DNA of 62,000 nucleotides from Roseibacillus sp. (GTDB lineage Bacteria; Verrucomicrobiota; Verrucomicrobiia; Verrucomicrobiales; Akkermansiaceae): positions 68,174 to 130,173 of the forward strand of contig PAQU01000054.1 of assembly GCA_002709395.1 (NCBI GenBank), read 5' to 3'. The notes under the pieces are model-generated. The model was not told the DNA's origin, did no database searches, and saw only the letters and a program-made list of their open reading frames with translations. Made by a program: the position numbers and the translations under genes. Positions 19,063-29,703 of the stretch are shown one piece after another; positions within the stretch are counted from its first letter, which is position 1; the number at the start of each line of letters is the position of its first letter.

Positions 19063-19091
19063 GTGGAAGCTTCTAACGAAAATCAGAAAAA

Positions 19092-20192
19092 ATGCATGAC
19101 CCCCGGATCGACCAGCTGGCGAAACAATTAGTTCGCTACTCCACTAATCTGAGACGGGGGGAAAAGGTCCTCATTGATCTTTATGATGTTCCGGACGAGG
19201 TGGGGATCTCCCTGGTCAGGGAAGCTCGTAGACGGGGAGCAGTCCCTTTTGTGACGGTGAATTCCCTGCGGGTCGCGCGGGAACTTCTCAATGGGGCGAC
19301 GGATGAGCAATACCGGCTTCTTGCCAAGCACCGGATGGCTGAGATGCGGGATATGGACGCCTACATAGCAATACGTGGTAGCCATAACATTGCTGAACTG
19401 AGCGATGTGCCAGCCGGCCGGATGGACTTGGCCCAGGGGCATACCCGGAAGGTCCTTCGTCATCGGGTGGAGAAAACGAAGTGGTGTGTGTTACGCTGGC
19501 CCCATGCGGCGATGGCTCAGCAGGCAGGGATGAGCACCGAGGCTTTCGAGGATTTTTATTTCCGGGTTTGTCTTCTCGATTACAAGGCCCTCAAGCCCGC
19601 TATGAATGCCCTGGGCCGGCTCATGACGAAGACGGACCGCGTTCATATCAAGGGCCCGGGAACCGATCTCGAATTCTCCATCAAGGGGATTCCTGCCATT
19701 CCCTGTGGAGGGGAGTGCAACATTCCGGACGGGGAGTGCTTTACCGCTCCCGTACGGGATTCGGTAAACGGGGTAATTTCCCATAATGCGGCTACGATCT
19801 ACAATGGGATTCCCTTTGATGGGATTGTGCTTGAATTTGAGAAAGGCAGGATCGTCAAGGCTCAGGCCGATGGGAAAGACAGGGCAATCAACAAGATTCT
19901 TGATGCGGATGATGGCGCTCGTTATGTGGGAGAATTTGCGCTGGGCTTTAACCCGGAGATCCGGGAGCCGATGCGGGATATCCTCTTTGATGAAAAGATC
20001 GCTGGTTCTTTCCATTTCACTCCCGGCCAGGCCTACGATGAAGCCAGCAATGGCAATAAGTCGAAGATTCACTGGGACATGGTCAGTATTCAACGCGCTG
20101 ACCACGGGGGTGGAGAGATATGGTTTGATGGCAAACTTGTCCGGAAAGACGGAAAGTTCCTTCCGAAGTCTCTCCAAAAGTTGAACTGGTAG
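19092..20192 (+). CDS. M29-family aminopeptidase (AmpS/PepS/aminopeptidase T-like)
   Basis: N-terminus [23 protein letters not shown], a C-terminal GEFALGFNP...HFTPG...HWDMV pattern, and ~366-aa length typical of the family. Confidence 0.85.
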   Translation: MHDPRIDQLAKQLVRYSTNLRRGEKVLIDLYDVPDEVGISLVREARRRGAVPFVTVNSLRVARELLNGATDEQYRLLAKHRMAEMRDMDAYIAIRGSHNIAELSDVPAGRMDLAQGHTRKVLRHRVEKTKWCVLRWPHAAMAQQAGMSTEAFEDFYFRVCLLDYKALKPAMNALGRLMTKTDRVHIKGPGTDLEFSIKGIPAIPCGGECNIPDGECFTAPVRDSVNGVISHNAATIYNGIPFDGIVLEFEKGRIVKAQADGKDRAINKILDADDGARYVGEFALGFNPEIREPMRDILFDEKIAGSFHFTPGQAYDEASNGNKSKIHWDMVSIQRADHGGGEIWFDGKLVRKDGKFLPKSLQKLNW

Positions 20193-20303
20193 GATTGTCA
20201 CGCGGGGCGCCGGGGTGGGCGCAGTTTCCGGGATTGTTCCGATGGGGGAGAGAGGTCGAATCGCCTTGGAAATAGTAAGGAAACCTGAAAGGCTGGAGGC
20301 CTG

Positions 20304-21737
20304 ATGATCCGGCTGCTGGCACTATGGATGGGCTTTACCTCCATGGCCGGGGCTCGTGCCTATGTTGGCAGTGACGAGGAGGTTCCCTCCCCGGCCCGGG
20401 AATTCCGGGCAGCCTGGGTAGCATGTATTTATAATATAGACTGGCCCAGTAGCAAGGGGCTCAGCGCGAGGAAGCAGCAGGAGGAACTGACCCGCATTCT
20501 CGATAAGATGGCTTCTTTGCGAATGAATGCGGTCATTTTACAGGTACGTCCTCAGGCCGACGCAGTCTATCGCTCGAGAATTGAGCCATGGTCGCCATGG
20601 CTTACCGGGACGATGGGCCGGGACCCAGGCTACGATCCGCTGGCTTATTGCATTCAGCAGGCGCACGCGCGCAATATCGAGGTGCATGCCTGGTTTAATC
20701 CATTTCGGGCAGTGCCGCACAAGGATCACCGGGTTTCCCCGGATCATATCTCCCGGACGCATCCGTCCATTATCCGGAATTTCAAGGTGCACAAGTGGAT
20801 GGACCCGGGGAACAGCTTCACGCGTCAACGCGCCCTGGATGTCATCATGGATGTGGTGCGGCGCTATGACGTGGATGGGGTTCACATAGATGACTACTTC
20901 TACCCCTATCCCAGCGTGGTTAACGGACGAGCCACGCCTGATTTCCCGGATGGCAGATCACCTGCTCAGCGGCGCGCCTTCGTGGACTCATTTGTTCGCA
21001 CGATGTATTCCAAGGTTAAGAGTGCCAAGCCGTGGCTGCGGGTCGGCATCAGCCCTTTCGGAATATGGAAACCAGGGATTCCCCGGGGTACGACTGCCGG
21101 GGTTAACGCGTACGAGCATCTCGCAGCGGATTCGCGCAAGTGGCTGGCGTCTGGATGGTGCGATTACATGTCTCCCCAGCTTTACTGGAGGATCAAGGGG
21201 CCACAGAGCTATACGTTGCTTCTGGATTGGTGGCGTGCGCAGGGGCGGCGTCCGGTCTGGCCCGGCCTTGCTACGGCCCGTATCAAATCAAGTGAAGACC
21301 CCGGCCGGCCTGCCAGCGAGATGATCAATCAGGTGCGCCTCTCCCGTAGTATCGGAAAGAACTATGCCGGTCATATTCATTGGAGTGCGAAGTCTCTCAT
21401 GCAGAACCGTGGCGGGGTAACCAGTGCCCTGGCGAAGAGCATATACACCCACCCCGCGCTTGTCCCCCCCATGCCCTGGTCAAGCAAGGCAGGGCTCCCT
21501 GCCCCCGGAGCCAGCGCCACTACTACGAGGGGCGCGACGCTCGTGCGTTGGTCTCGTGTTACGTCAGCCTCAAAATACGTGGTGCAGGCGCGCTACGGAT
21601 CGCGCTGGGATACGTTTGCGGTCACTCACGGCAGCCGTCTTCAGGTTTCCCTGCGAGGCTCTCCCGACGCGGTAGCGGTGAGGGGAGTAAATCGATACGG
21701 AACGATTTCCAAGGCCACCGTGCTGCGGCGACGATAG
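20304..21737 (+). CDS. Glycoside-hydrolase-like GHL10 (YngK/DUF187) family secreted protein
   Basis: Signal peptide, followed by a FRAAWVACIYNIDWPS...LNAVILQVRPQADAVYRS...EPWSPWLTG...YDPLAY...HAWFNPF pattern. Confidence 0.7.
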   Translation: MIRLLALWMGFTSMAGARAYVGSDEEVPSPAREFRAAWVACIYNIDWPSSKGLSARKQQEELTRILDKMASLRMNAVILQVRPQADAVYRSRIEPWSPWLTGTMGRDPGYDPLAYCIQQAHARNIEVHAWFNPFRAVPHKDHRVSPDHISRTHPSIIRNFKVHKWMDPGNSFTRQRALDVIMDVVRRYDVDGVHIDDYFYPYPSVVNGRATPDFPDGRSPAQRRAFVDSFVRTMYSKVKSAKPWLRVGISPFGIWKPGIPRGTTAGVNAYEHLAADSRKWLASGWCDYMSPQLYWRIKGPQSYTLLLDWWRAQGRRPVWPGLATARIKSSEDPGRPASEMINQVRLSRSIGKNYAGHIHWSAKSLMQNRGGVTSALAKSIYTHPALVPPMPWSSKAGLPAPGASATTTRGATLVRWSRVTSASKYVVQARYGSRWDTFAVTHGSRLQVSLRGSPDAVAVRGVNRYGTISKATVLRRR

Positions 21738-21887
21738 GGGGAGGCCAGGGTGCTGAAGCGCCGGACTTAAGGTTGCGCTCTTGTGTTTTTGCTCTGCGGC
21801 GAACGGAGTCAGGGTGGGCAAAAGTAATTGCAAAAAACGGATAATTAATAGATAATAGCCTTCGTTCACCCCCTATATTCTGGACTC

Positions 21888-22097
21888 ATGACCATTCGTC
21901 TCTTTGTCGCTTCGGCAGGACTCCTCATCTTTGCCTGGCTGGCGACCACCTATTTTCTGACCGTGCCCATGGAGAGCTATTCGCGCTCATCCCCCGGCAC
22001 CTTGTCCTCACTCGCCGGGGATGATCCGAAGGTCGCAGCCACTGGGGAGGACCCCTCCTCCTACGTGCTGGCGACGGAGGAGTTTACTCGGGAATAG
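21888..22097 (+). CDS. Hypothetical small single-TM protein
   Basis: One clear hydrophobic helix (LFVASAGLLIFAWLATTYFL), preceded by an AT-rich stretch containing tatatt. No homology was recognised. Confidence 0.3.
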   Translation: MTIRLFVASAGLLIFAWLATTYFLTVPMESYSRSSPGTLSSLAGDDPKVAATGEDPSSYVLATEEFTRE

Positions 22098-22344
22098 CCG
22101 CCGTGAAGCTGTTGCGGGGGCGACCTTTGCAGGGAAGGTGCCGCTATTTCTCGCTTGGGATTATTGCTGGGAGACCTTGTTCCATTTGCATACCTCGCAG
22201 CAGCGGAAACCATCCCTGTAAAACAATATAGCCGGAGCTTGATTGGGTAGTGGGCGTCAATCTTCTTCCTTGTTTCCTTCCGGGTGTCGTATTGTAACTC
22301 TGCCCTGCAAGATCACATCGGACAGCGAACGCTGAAACCCAACG

Positions 22345-23844
22345 ATGGCCGTAAGCTTGAAATGTGCCGCCTGTGGCGCGGAAGTTGAATTTGAGGATCT
22401 CTCCCCGATGGTCGAAGAGACCTGCCCGGGATGTCAGGTCAAGGTGCGCTATCGGGAGTGTGACAAACAGATGGCCATCCCGGTCAGCATGAAGCTCCCG
22501 GAGGAATTCGCACCCGTGGATTTAAGTTCGGTGGCAGACAAGTCTTCCCTGCTCGTGGGGCGTTACAGGAAGCCATCTGAGGAGTCGGAGAGTGGCAGCA
22601 ATGTAGAACTGATGCTGGCCAAGGCTCTGGAGTCACTGGCTCAGTCGATTGGGCACCTTGATGATCGGTTGACCCGACAGGAACAGGGCTCAGAGCGAGA
22701 TGAAGAAAAGGGAGATGCGGAGGACCCGGCCTTCGAAAACAGCCCTGCTGAAGATGAGGGGTTGAAGGTTGTCGCCACCAATGAGGGGAGCGGGGAATCT
22801 GAAGTTGTTCATCTGGATCCGGAGGAAAAGGCGAAGTTCGGAGAGGATGAAAAGGCAAACCCCGTTGAAGCCCGGGTCCTTGTACGGCGCGAAGCGGCAA
22901 AGGCCGCTCATGCCTTTCAGCGGGAAAAGCAGGTCCAGGGAGATTGGGATGAACGGACAGCTCCTGCCAGCCGTCAGGTAGGAATTGGTTGGTGGATGGC
23001 TAACTACCCCAAGACTACCGTAGTGGTGAGCACGACCCTGATGTTGGGATTGATCGCGGCAACCATTTTCTGGATGGAGGATCTTGTTGCCGGACGGCAG
23101 CCTGTAAAGGAGCTAACTATTGTGGCTCCCGAGGGAACAGGTCTCAGCAGGCTCATGGCTGATGACCCTGAAGCCGCCATGGCGGAGACCGTAGCGCGAG
23201 GCTATCTCAATGCGACCAGCGCAAAAGCGGCGCTCCCCTTCGTGTGGGAGTCGGAAGTCATCAGGGATAAGTTTGAGAGCTACTTCAAGCCGCTTTCCCA
23301 GCCGGACTCCTACGAGCTCAAGTTGCAGGACCGTGGGGCGGGAAAGGATGGGAAGGCGACGTTTCTTTACCGGGTGGACATGCCCGGCGAAAAGGCTCGA
23401 AGGTTGCTTGTGCTCCCCGAAGGGGCGATGCCCAAGGTCTTCTGGGAGTTCTTTGAAGAGGTTGGGGATGTGTCCTGGGCCGACTTCTTGAGCCGCAAGC
23501 CGCAGAATCCGGCGGAGATGCGGGTGTGGCTATATCCTGTGGAGGAGTACGTAGAGGGCTATGAGGCAGCCAAGTGGCAGAGTTACATGCTTCACGATTA
23601 CGCCGAGAAGCACAGGATTCTTGCCTACGCGCCCCGTGACCTGGGGGATGACTGGCAGATTTCTGATGCCCTTCGCAATGAGCCGGTGAGCTTTAACCGG
23701 CATGAGGCCGTGATGGCACTGCTGAAGCTGACTTATAAGTCCGAATTCAAGATTGGAGATTCTTCCGGAGCGGTAGCCGAGATCAACGATGTGATGGCGA
23801 CTTCGTGGCTTCCTGAAGGCTTCAGGGCAAAGAGAGAGGATTAG
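22345..23844 (+). CDS. Zinc-ribbon / acidic linker / single-TM / periplasmic-domain protein (hypothetical)
   Basis: N-terminal CxxC...CxxC (KCAACGAEVEF...ETCPGCQVKV), an acidic low-complexity region, one TM helix (TTVVVSTTLMLGLIAATIFWM) and a ~260-aa C-terminal domain with no motif I recognise. Confidence 0.6.
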   Translation: MAVSLKCAACGAEVEFEDLSPMVEETCPGCQVKVRYRECDKQMAIPVSMKLPEEFAPVDLSSVADKSSLLVGRYRKPSEESESGSNVELMLAKALESLAQSIGHLDDRLTRQEQGSERDEEKGDAEDPAFENSPAEDEGLKVVATNEGSGESEVVHLDPEEKAKFGEDEKANPVEARVLVRREAAKAAHAFQREKQVQGDWDERTAPASRQVGIGWWMANYPKTTVVVSTTLMLGLIAATIFWMEDLVAGRQPVKELTIVAPEGTGLSRLMADDPEAAMAETVARGYLNATSAKAALPFVWESEVIRDKFESYFKPLSQPDSYELKLQDRGAGKDGKATFLYRVDMPGEKARRLLVLPEGAMPKVFWEFFEEVGDVSWADFLSRKPQNPAEMRVWLYPVEEYVEGYEAAKWQSYMLHDYAEKHRILAYAPRDLGDDWQISDALRNEPVSFNRHEAVMALLKLTYKSEFKIGDSSGAVAEINDVMATSWLPEGFRAKRED

Positions 23845-23847
23845 GGA

Positions 23848-25947
23848 TCAGGACAGGCCATTGCGCTCCAGGAGAGGTTGCAATTCGGGGTCACGCCCCA
23901 TGAACTTGCGATAAAGTTCGTCGACCGGGCGGGAATTGCCCTTGCTCAGGATATCTTCCCGGAAGGCTTTACCGGTTTCCGGATTGAGGACTCCTTCGCG
24001 CCTGAAACGGGTAAAAGCGTCGGCATCCAGAACCTCTGACCACTTGTAGGAATAATATCCTGCTGCGTATCCGCCCGGGCTGTCGAAGAGATGGTTGAAC
24101 TGGCGGGCAATGGTAGGAGTAGGCGAAGCAAGACCAGCCTTGTAGTCCTCCAGTATTTCACGGTCCACCTCGTCCAGGTCACGGTCGAGATAGAGGTGAG
24201 GTCGGATATGAAGTTCAAGATCGAGCTTTCCGAGGGCAAGTTGCCGCATGGTGGCCGAGGCGCTCATGTAGTTACGGGCTGCAATCATCTTCTCGAAAAG
24301 CTCGTCCGGAATGGGATTTCCGGTTTCGTGGTGCCTTGCAAAAAAGTCGAGGGATTCACGGTCCCAGCAGAAGTTCTCCATGATCTGGGAAGGGAGCTCG
24401 ACCCAGTCACGGGGAACGTTGACTCCCGAAAGGCTTTTGATGGGGACGTCACTGAGCAGTTGATGGAGGAGGTGTCCGAACTCGTGGAAGATGGTCTCCA
24501 CCTCGCTGTGGGTCAGGAGAGCGGGCTGATCTCCAATGGGCTTGGTGAGGTTTCCGGTAATCAGGCCCAGGTGCGGTTTGCGGGTTCCCCCATTGGCAGC
24601 GGGGAGGCCGGTCTCCAGATAATTCATCCAGGCTCCACCGCGTTTGGATTCCCGGGGATGCCAGTCGGCGTAGAATGACCCAAGGTGCTCGCCGGATTCA
24701 GGGTCATGAAGATCGTAAAAGCTGACGTCGGGGTGCCAGACTTCAATTTCATCATCGGAAGGATCGGATCCTGGCTCGCGATAGACACCGTCCCGGGGTG
24801 TGATGGTGACTCCGAAGAGGCGACTGGTCAGGCCGAAGAGCCCTTGCATTACGCTGGAGACCTGAAAGTAGGGCCGCAGGTCCTCATCATCGAAATCGTA
24901 GCGATCCTTTCGTTGCCGCTCCGCCCAGTAGGAGACTTCCCAGGGCTCAAGCGGAGCGACGGCACTACCGGTCTTCTCCGCCTTGTAGGCCTCGAGCTGG
25001 GCGCCTTCCTTCCTGAAGGCTTCCACGATTTTGTCGTGAAGGTCCTCAACGAATCCGATTGCCCGGGACCCGTCCCGCACCATGCTGCGCTGGAGCTTGA
25101 GGTCTGCAAAATTTGGGAATCCCAGTAGCTCAGCCTGCTCCTGGCGGAGCCTGACGATTCGCCATACTAGTTCCGAGTTGTCGAATTTTTCATTGAGCCC
25201 GATAGTGCCCCGGCCTTCGAAAATCTTTTTGCGGAGCTCTTCGCTGTCTGCGTATTGCAGAACGGGATAGAAAGAGGGAAACTGCATGGTAAAACGCCAG
25301 CGAGGTTCCTCTGTGGATCCGATACCCTTTGACTCAGCATCGGTGCGGGCGGCTGTCCGGCAGCTCTCAGGGAGGCCAGCAAGCATCTCCTCGTCCTCGA
25401 CGATAAGTTCCCATGCCTTAACGGAATCCAGGACATTTTCCCCGAACTTCTTGGTAACTTCAGCGAGCTCGCTCTGCAATTCAGCCATGCGTGCTTTTTT
25501 TTCCGGAGGGAGATCCGCCCCGGCATCGCGGAACTCTGCACAGGTTTCCTCTATGAACCGTTGCGACACCTCATCCAGCTCCTTCGCCGCCTCCGAAGTA
25601 GCGAAGGATTTAAGAGTGTTCCAAAGCTCGGTGTTCAGTGGAATGGAGGCGTGGAAGGCGGTTACCCTCGGGAGCATCCTGTTAAGAGCGACCCGCTGGG
25701 AGTCATTATCCCGGACCGAGGAGAGATGATTAAGCCTCCCCCAGCCACGGGAGAGAGATTCTGTCGCCAGTTCAAGGGCGGCGAAGGTGTTTTCGTAGGT
25801 AACGCCTTCCCTCGGGAGAGAGCAGATTTCATCGATAAGGCCCTGCGCTTCTGCAATACCGGCTTCGATGTCGGCCTCAACCTTATCCGGGACAAGTTGA
25901 GACCAGCGGATATGGAAGTCGTCGGCAAGAAAGGGATGACTGGACAT
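23848..25947 (-). CDS. M3-family zinc oligopeptidase (oligopeptidase A / dipeptidyl carboxypeptidase-like)
   Basis: HEFGH zinc motif (IFHEFGHLLH) with a downstream E (VELPSQIME); ~700 aa. Trimmed to the ATG at 25947. Confidence 0.9.
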   Translation of the reverse strand: MSSHPFLADDFHIRWSQLVPDKVEADIEAGIAEAQGLIDEICSLPREGVTYENTFAALELATESLSRGWGRLNHLSSVRDNDSQRVALNRMLPRVTAFHASIPLNTELWNTLKSFATSEAAKELDEVSQRFIEETCAEFRDAGADLPPEKKARMAELQSELAEVTKKFGENVLDSVKAWELIVEDEEMLAGLPESCRTAARTDAESKGIGSTEEPRWRFTMQFPSFYPVLQYADSEELRKKIFEGRGTIGLNEKFDNSELVWRIVRLRQEQAELLGFPNFADLKLQRSMVRDGSRAIGFVEDLHDKIVEAFRKEGAQLEAYKAEKTGSAVAPLEPWEVSYWAERQRKDRYDFDDEDLRPYFQVSSVMQGLFGLTSRLFGVTITPRDGVYREPGSDPSDDEIEVWHPDVSFYDLHDPESGEHLGSFYADWHPRESKRGGAWMNYLETGLPAANGGTRKPHLGLITGNLTKPIGDQPALLTHSEVETIFHEFGHLLHQLLSDVPIKSLSGVNVPRDWVELPSQIMENFCWDRESLDFFARHHETGNPIPDELFEKMIAARNYMSASATMRQLALGKLDLELHIRPHLYLDRDLDEVDREILEDYKAGLASPTPTIARQFNHLFDSPGGYAAGYYSYKWSEVLDADAFTRFRREGVLNPETGKAFREDILSKGNSRPVDELYRKFMGRDPELQPLLERNGLS

Positions 25948-26110
25948 GGGCAGGAGCTTGGAAGTCGAAGCTCCGAATGTCAAAACCGTGGAGCCGTGGT
26001 GGGCGAGGAACTGGGGAAGGCCTGTGATCCGGGATCCCGGGGGAACGCTGAAAAGAAAGAAGCCCCGCCGGAGACCAATCCGACGGGGCTCGACCGATTC
26101 TTAAGACTGC

Positions 26111-26160
26111 AAAGAAGAAAAGAAAGGGTCGGGTGGCGGGGCAACGGGTGCCGCCCACCG
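26111..26160 (-). terminator. Possible intrinsic terminator downstream of the UDG gene
   Basis: Imperfect GC-rich stem (ggtgg-cgg / ccg-c-ccacc) at 26131-26160, followed on the minus strand by a T-rich run (ctttcttttcttcttt, 26111-26126). Confidence 0.35.
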
Positions 26161-26233
26161 ATGACATGAAACGATGAATCGGGGGAGATTCGTACAAGAA
26201 TTTTATTTCCTGCAGGAACAATTTCGCTACGGC

Positions 26234-27121
26234 CTATTTTCCAGAGAAAAATCCACGCTGCTTCTCAGAAATCGGCATTCCCAGAAACTCCAGAACACTT
26301 AACATATCTTCCCAGACTTTGCGCTTCTCGCTCACGGCGGAGTCGTTGTGAAGAAGGTAGGAGGGATGGTATGTTACCCTTACGGGGATGTTTTCGAATT
26401 TGTGCCAGCTGCCGCGCATCCGGCCCACCGGCTGGTTCTCATAATCGAGTAACCCTTCCGCTGCAGTTCCTCCGAGGGCAACGATGCATTTTGGTTGCAC
26501 GATACCGATCTCTGCCTGCACGAAAGGGAGGCAGGCCTTCATCTCCTCCGGGGTTGGTTTGCGGTTGTTGGTTGTCTGGTTTTTCAGGGCCGGGCGGAAT
26601 TTGCAGATGTTGGAGATATAAACCTCTCCCCGGGCCAAGCCCATTGCCGACAGGATCTGATCGAGTTTCTGCCCAGCTCTGCCCACGAATGGCTCTTGTC
26701 GGCGCTCCTCCTCGTAACCGGGCGCCTCGCCTACCAGCATGATGTCGGCGGCAGGGTTACCGGTCGAGAAGACCATCTTTTCGCGGAGTGACCCCAGGGA
26801 GCGGGCGGGCTCCCAGTGTTCAGCCTGAGCCTTCAGGAACGCGATTTGTTCTTCAGGATTGGAGCCCTGGGCCTCCAGGCTTGGAATGGATGCCGGAGGC
26901 GCGGTGTGACGAGAACCGCTTTTCTGGGAAGCTGGCGGAAGAGAGTTAGATGCCGGAACCTTTCTTTTTCGCAGGCGCTTTCGCAGCACCTCCTTGGCGT
27001 TTTCATCAAGGCGCACATGCCTGACGCCCTCCCGCTCCAGTTGCGTGAGATATTTTATCAGGGGAGCGGTCCGGGACACGACCCAAGAGAAGCAGGAAGG
27101 ATCAAGGGGCCCAAGCCTCAA
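26234..27121 (-). CDS. Family-4 uracil-DNA glycosylase with N-terminal extension
   Basis: Motif A GEAPGYEEERRQEPFVGRAGQKLD and motif B HPSYLLH, plus a ~110-aa basic/Pro-rich N-terminal extension. Confidence 0.85.
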   Translation of the reverse strand: MRLGPLDPSCFSWVVSRTAPLIKYLTQLEREGVRHVRLDENAKEVLRKRLRKRKVPASNSLPPASQKSGSRHTAPPASIPSLEAQGSNPEEQIAFLKAQAEHWEPARSLGSLREKMVFSTGNPAADIMLVGEAPGYEEERRQEPFVGRAGQKLDQILSAMGLARGEVYISNICKFRPALKNQTTNNRKPTPEEMKACLPFVQAEIGIVQPKCIVALGGTAAEGLLDYENQPVGRMRGSWHKFENIPVRVTYHPSYLLHNDSAVSEKRKVWEDMLSVLEFLGMPISEKQRGFFSGK

Positions 27122-27233
27122 CTCCCCGGGAGTTTTGTGAATAAAGAATTGTTCAGGTCCACCTGTTAGACTAAAAAATGTGGCCGACTGCTAACTCGGC
27201 TTTATTGAAAATCACCTCACCCTGCCTTTTCTT

Positions 27234-27959
27234 GTGAAAATTTTGCTCCTGAAGATGGCTCTTGCAGCAGTTGCCCTTGGGGCGCTATCCAGCTGTAGCT
27301 TTTTCCAGCGCTCCACGGCCCAGCGCTCAATCGAGCAGCCTCGCCCTCTTTCCAAAGCGGCAGTGCCCAGGGTGGCTGGAGCTCCTTCCTGGCTGACCTC
27401 CCAGGGGCAAGCTGATGGGTTCCTGCCTGCAGAGGTTGATCTGGCTGTAAAAGCTGCCGCCGCGACCCTGCCACTGGACAAGCACGGGCGCCCAACCTAC
27501 CCAAGTGAGAGTGTCCGGCATCGCTTCGTAAGAACAACCTCCTATTCCCATCAGGAGAATGAAGCGGGGGGGGCCTATGGACGGCTCAATGCGATGGGAA
27601 CAGTCCTGAAATACGGGCGGGTCCGCAGCGCAGCAGCAGACTGGTCCCGTTATCCGGTTGGAACCGTCTTCAGGATCAAGGGGTTGCCGCATGTCTATGT
27701 TGTGGATGACTATGGCTCGTCTCTTGCGGGAACTAACACGATCGACATATATCATCCGAACCTCCGGCTCATGCGGAAATGGGCTACGCGGGATGCGGAA
27801 ATCCATGTGATCAGGTGGGGGTCCTGGGAACAGGCTGCGAATCTCCTGCGGGGGCGTACGCAACATCAGCATTGCGCCCTCATGTATTACGCGGCCCTGG
27901 CCAAGATTCGAAGACAGAGGGTAGCACTTGGTGAGAAGCGGGGCACTCCCTCGCTATGA
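27234..27959 (+). CDS. 3D-domain (MltA/RlpA-like double-psi beta-barrel) lipoprotein
   Basis: Lipobox LGALSSC. C-terminal VAADWSRYPVGTVFRIKGL...YVVDDYGSSLAGTNTIDIY pattern typical of 3D domains; GTG start. Confidence 0.7.
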   Translation: MKILLLKMALAAVALGALSSCSFFQRSTAQRSIEQPRPLSKAAVPRVAGAPSWLTSQGQADGFLPAEVDLAVKAAAATLPLDKHGRPTYPSESVRHRFVRTTSYSHQENEAGGAYGRLNAMGTVLKYGRVRSAAADWSRYPVGTVFRIKGLPHVYVVDDYGSSLAGTNTIDIYHPNLRLMRKWATRDAEIHVIRWGSWEQAANLLRGRTQHQHCALMYYAALAKIRRQRVALGEKRGTPSL

Positions 27960-27980
27960 TTGTTTGCCTCTGCGCCGTGA

Positions 27981-28634
27981 ATGACCAAGGCTGAGCGAGC
28001 AGAATTTGTTCATGGGCGCCTTGCCGAGCTTTACCCGGAGACGCCGGTTCCCCTGGATCACCGGGACGCGTATACCCTGCTGGTAGCGGTTTTACTCTCT
28101 GCCCAGTGTACCGATGAGCGGGTCAACAGGGTGACCCCCGGCTTATTTGCCCTTGCCGACACGCCGGAGAGGATGATGCAGGTGCCTGTCCGTGAGATAG
28201 AGGAGGCAATCCGTTCCTGTGGGCTTGCTCCCCGGAAGGCCAGGGCGATCTCGGAATTGTCAGGGCTCCTCGTCGAAAATCACGAAGGCAAGGTCCCGGA
28301 ATCCCTGGAGGCCCTTGAGGCTCTTCCCGGGGTAGGGCACAAGACAGCGTCAGTTGTCATTTCACAGGCCTTCGGGGTGCCGGCGTTTCCGGTGGACACT
28401 CACATTCACAGGCTCGCCCAGCGCTGGAAGCTCTCCAGCGGGAAGAATGTTGCTGATACGGAGCGCGCGCTCAAAAAGCTCTTTCCCGAGGAATCCTGGA
28501 ACAAGTTGCACCTGCGGATTATCTTTTATGGCAGGGAGCATTGCACCGCTCGGGGGTGTGATGGACGTGTCTGTGACATCTGCCGGACCCTTTTTCCCCG
28601 GCGCAAGGCCCCGGTGCAGACGAAGAAGGCATGA
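27981..28634 (+). CDS. nth: Endonuclease III
   Basis: HhH-GPD region LPGVGHKTASVV...VDTH. The C-terminal four-Cys cluster (HCTARGCDGRVCDIC) does not have the canonical C-x6-C-x2-C-x5-C spacing. Confidence 0.9.
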   Translation: MTKAERAEFVHGRLAELYPETPVPLDHRDAYTLLVAVLLSAQCTDERVNRVTPGLFALADTPERMMQVPVREIEEAIRSCGLAPRKARAISELSGLLVENHEGKVPESLEALEALPGVGHKTASVVISQAFGVPAFPVDTHIHRLAQRWKLSSGKNVADTERALKKLFPEESWNKLHLRIIFYGREHCTARGCDGRVCDICRTLFPRRKAPVQTKKA

Positions 28635-28864
28635 GTGACGGTTCGCGGGGCGAGGGAGAATCTTGTCCTCTCCTCATTCGGGTGAGGTCCAATTTCTTGT
28701 TTTTTTGGCTCTTCCCGGGTTTGCAGGTCCCAAAGGTCAAGCCTCGATAGGCGGAACAGGATAAATTTTTTCAAAAGCAGTCTTTACTCACACCCTTCAC
28801 CTTACAAAATCGCGCGCCCTCGATATTGGGTCAGCACCCAGAGGCTACGAACCCGGACTCTACC

Positions 28865-29656
28865 ATGATTTATACAACCAGGAAACGTCTCCTCAGCGTT
28901 TTTTCGCTAGTTCTCACCTCCCTCTTTGTCTCTGCACCCGCTCTAATGGCGCAGGATTCCGGGGGTGGCGGCAAAGATATGAACGCTCTTGAAAAATGGG
29001 TTCTCAGCGGAGGCTGGCCTATGATTCTGATCGCTCTTGCGATTATCGGCCTTCTGGCTCTCAGCGTTTTCAATTTCATCAACCTGACCAAGCCGAAGTT
29101 CTGTCCCGATGATCTCAAGGCCGCGCTCCTTGACCACATGATGAACTGCCGGGTGCGCTCCGCCATCGAGCTGGCAGCATCTCATCCGAGTTACCTTGGG
29201 CGCATGCTCGCTTACTCCCTTCCGAATATCGATGCCACCAAGCCGGAAGACCTCGGTCGCGATGGAGTCGAGGATGCCGTTGCGGACTTTACCATCAACG
29301 AGAGCCGCAAGAACATGGTCTGGATCAACTACATCGCCCTGATTGCCCAGGCCGCTCCCATGCTCGGACTGTTCGGAACGGTCTACGGGATGGTTAACGC
29401 CTTCGGGGTTCTGAGTGCCACGGGGGCAGCGGAGCCTGCCCAACTTGCGGGGGATATCCAGATCGCGCTTCTTACCACCTTCTGGGGCCTGCTTACCGCC
29501 ATCCCATCACTGGTTGCCTATTTCTATTTCAAGAACAGGCTCAATAACCTCGTGGCGGAGGCCCACCATACTTCCGAGGAATTGATCAATGCCTCGATCC
29601 AGACGGTCAACCAGGACGCATATCTGGCTAAGATTCCGGAAGGAATCGCCGTTTAA
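28865..29656 (+). CDS. exbB: MotA/TolQ/ExbB-family proton-channel protein
   Basis: Signal-like N-terminus, three TM helices and the LGLFGTVYGMVNAF motif. Trimmed to the ATG at 28865 (the track starts at a TTG). Confidence 0.85.
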   Translation: MIYTTRKRLLSVFSLVLTSLFVSAPALMAQDSGGGGKDMNALEKWVLSGGWPMILIALAIIGLLALSVFNFINLTKPKFCPDDLKAALLDHMMNCRVRSAIELAASHPSYLGRMLAYSLPNIDATKPEDLGRDGVEDAVADFTINESRKNMVWINYIALIAQAAPMLGLFGTVYGMVNAFGVLSATGAAEPAQLAGDIQIALLTTFWGLLTAIPSLVAYFYFKNRLNNLVAEAHHTSEELINASIQTVNQDAYLAKIPEGIAV

Positions 29657-29703
29657 ATTGACGGGGCAGGTTTTGTGCCCCGGCAACCCAATCAGTCTGT
29701 ACG

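Noticed and set aside
28560-28634. Non-canonical Cys spacing in the endonuclease III Fe-S loop as evidence of a pseudogene or novel family
   Set aside because: Four Cys are still present and the HhH-GPD core is intact. Spacing variants cannot be judged without an alignment.
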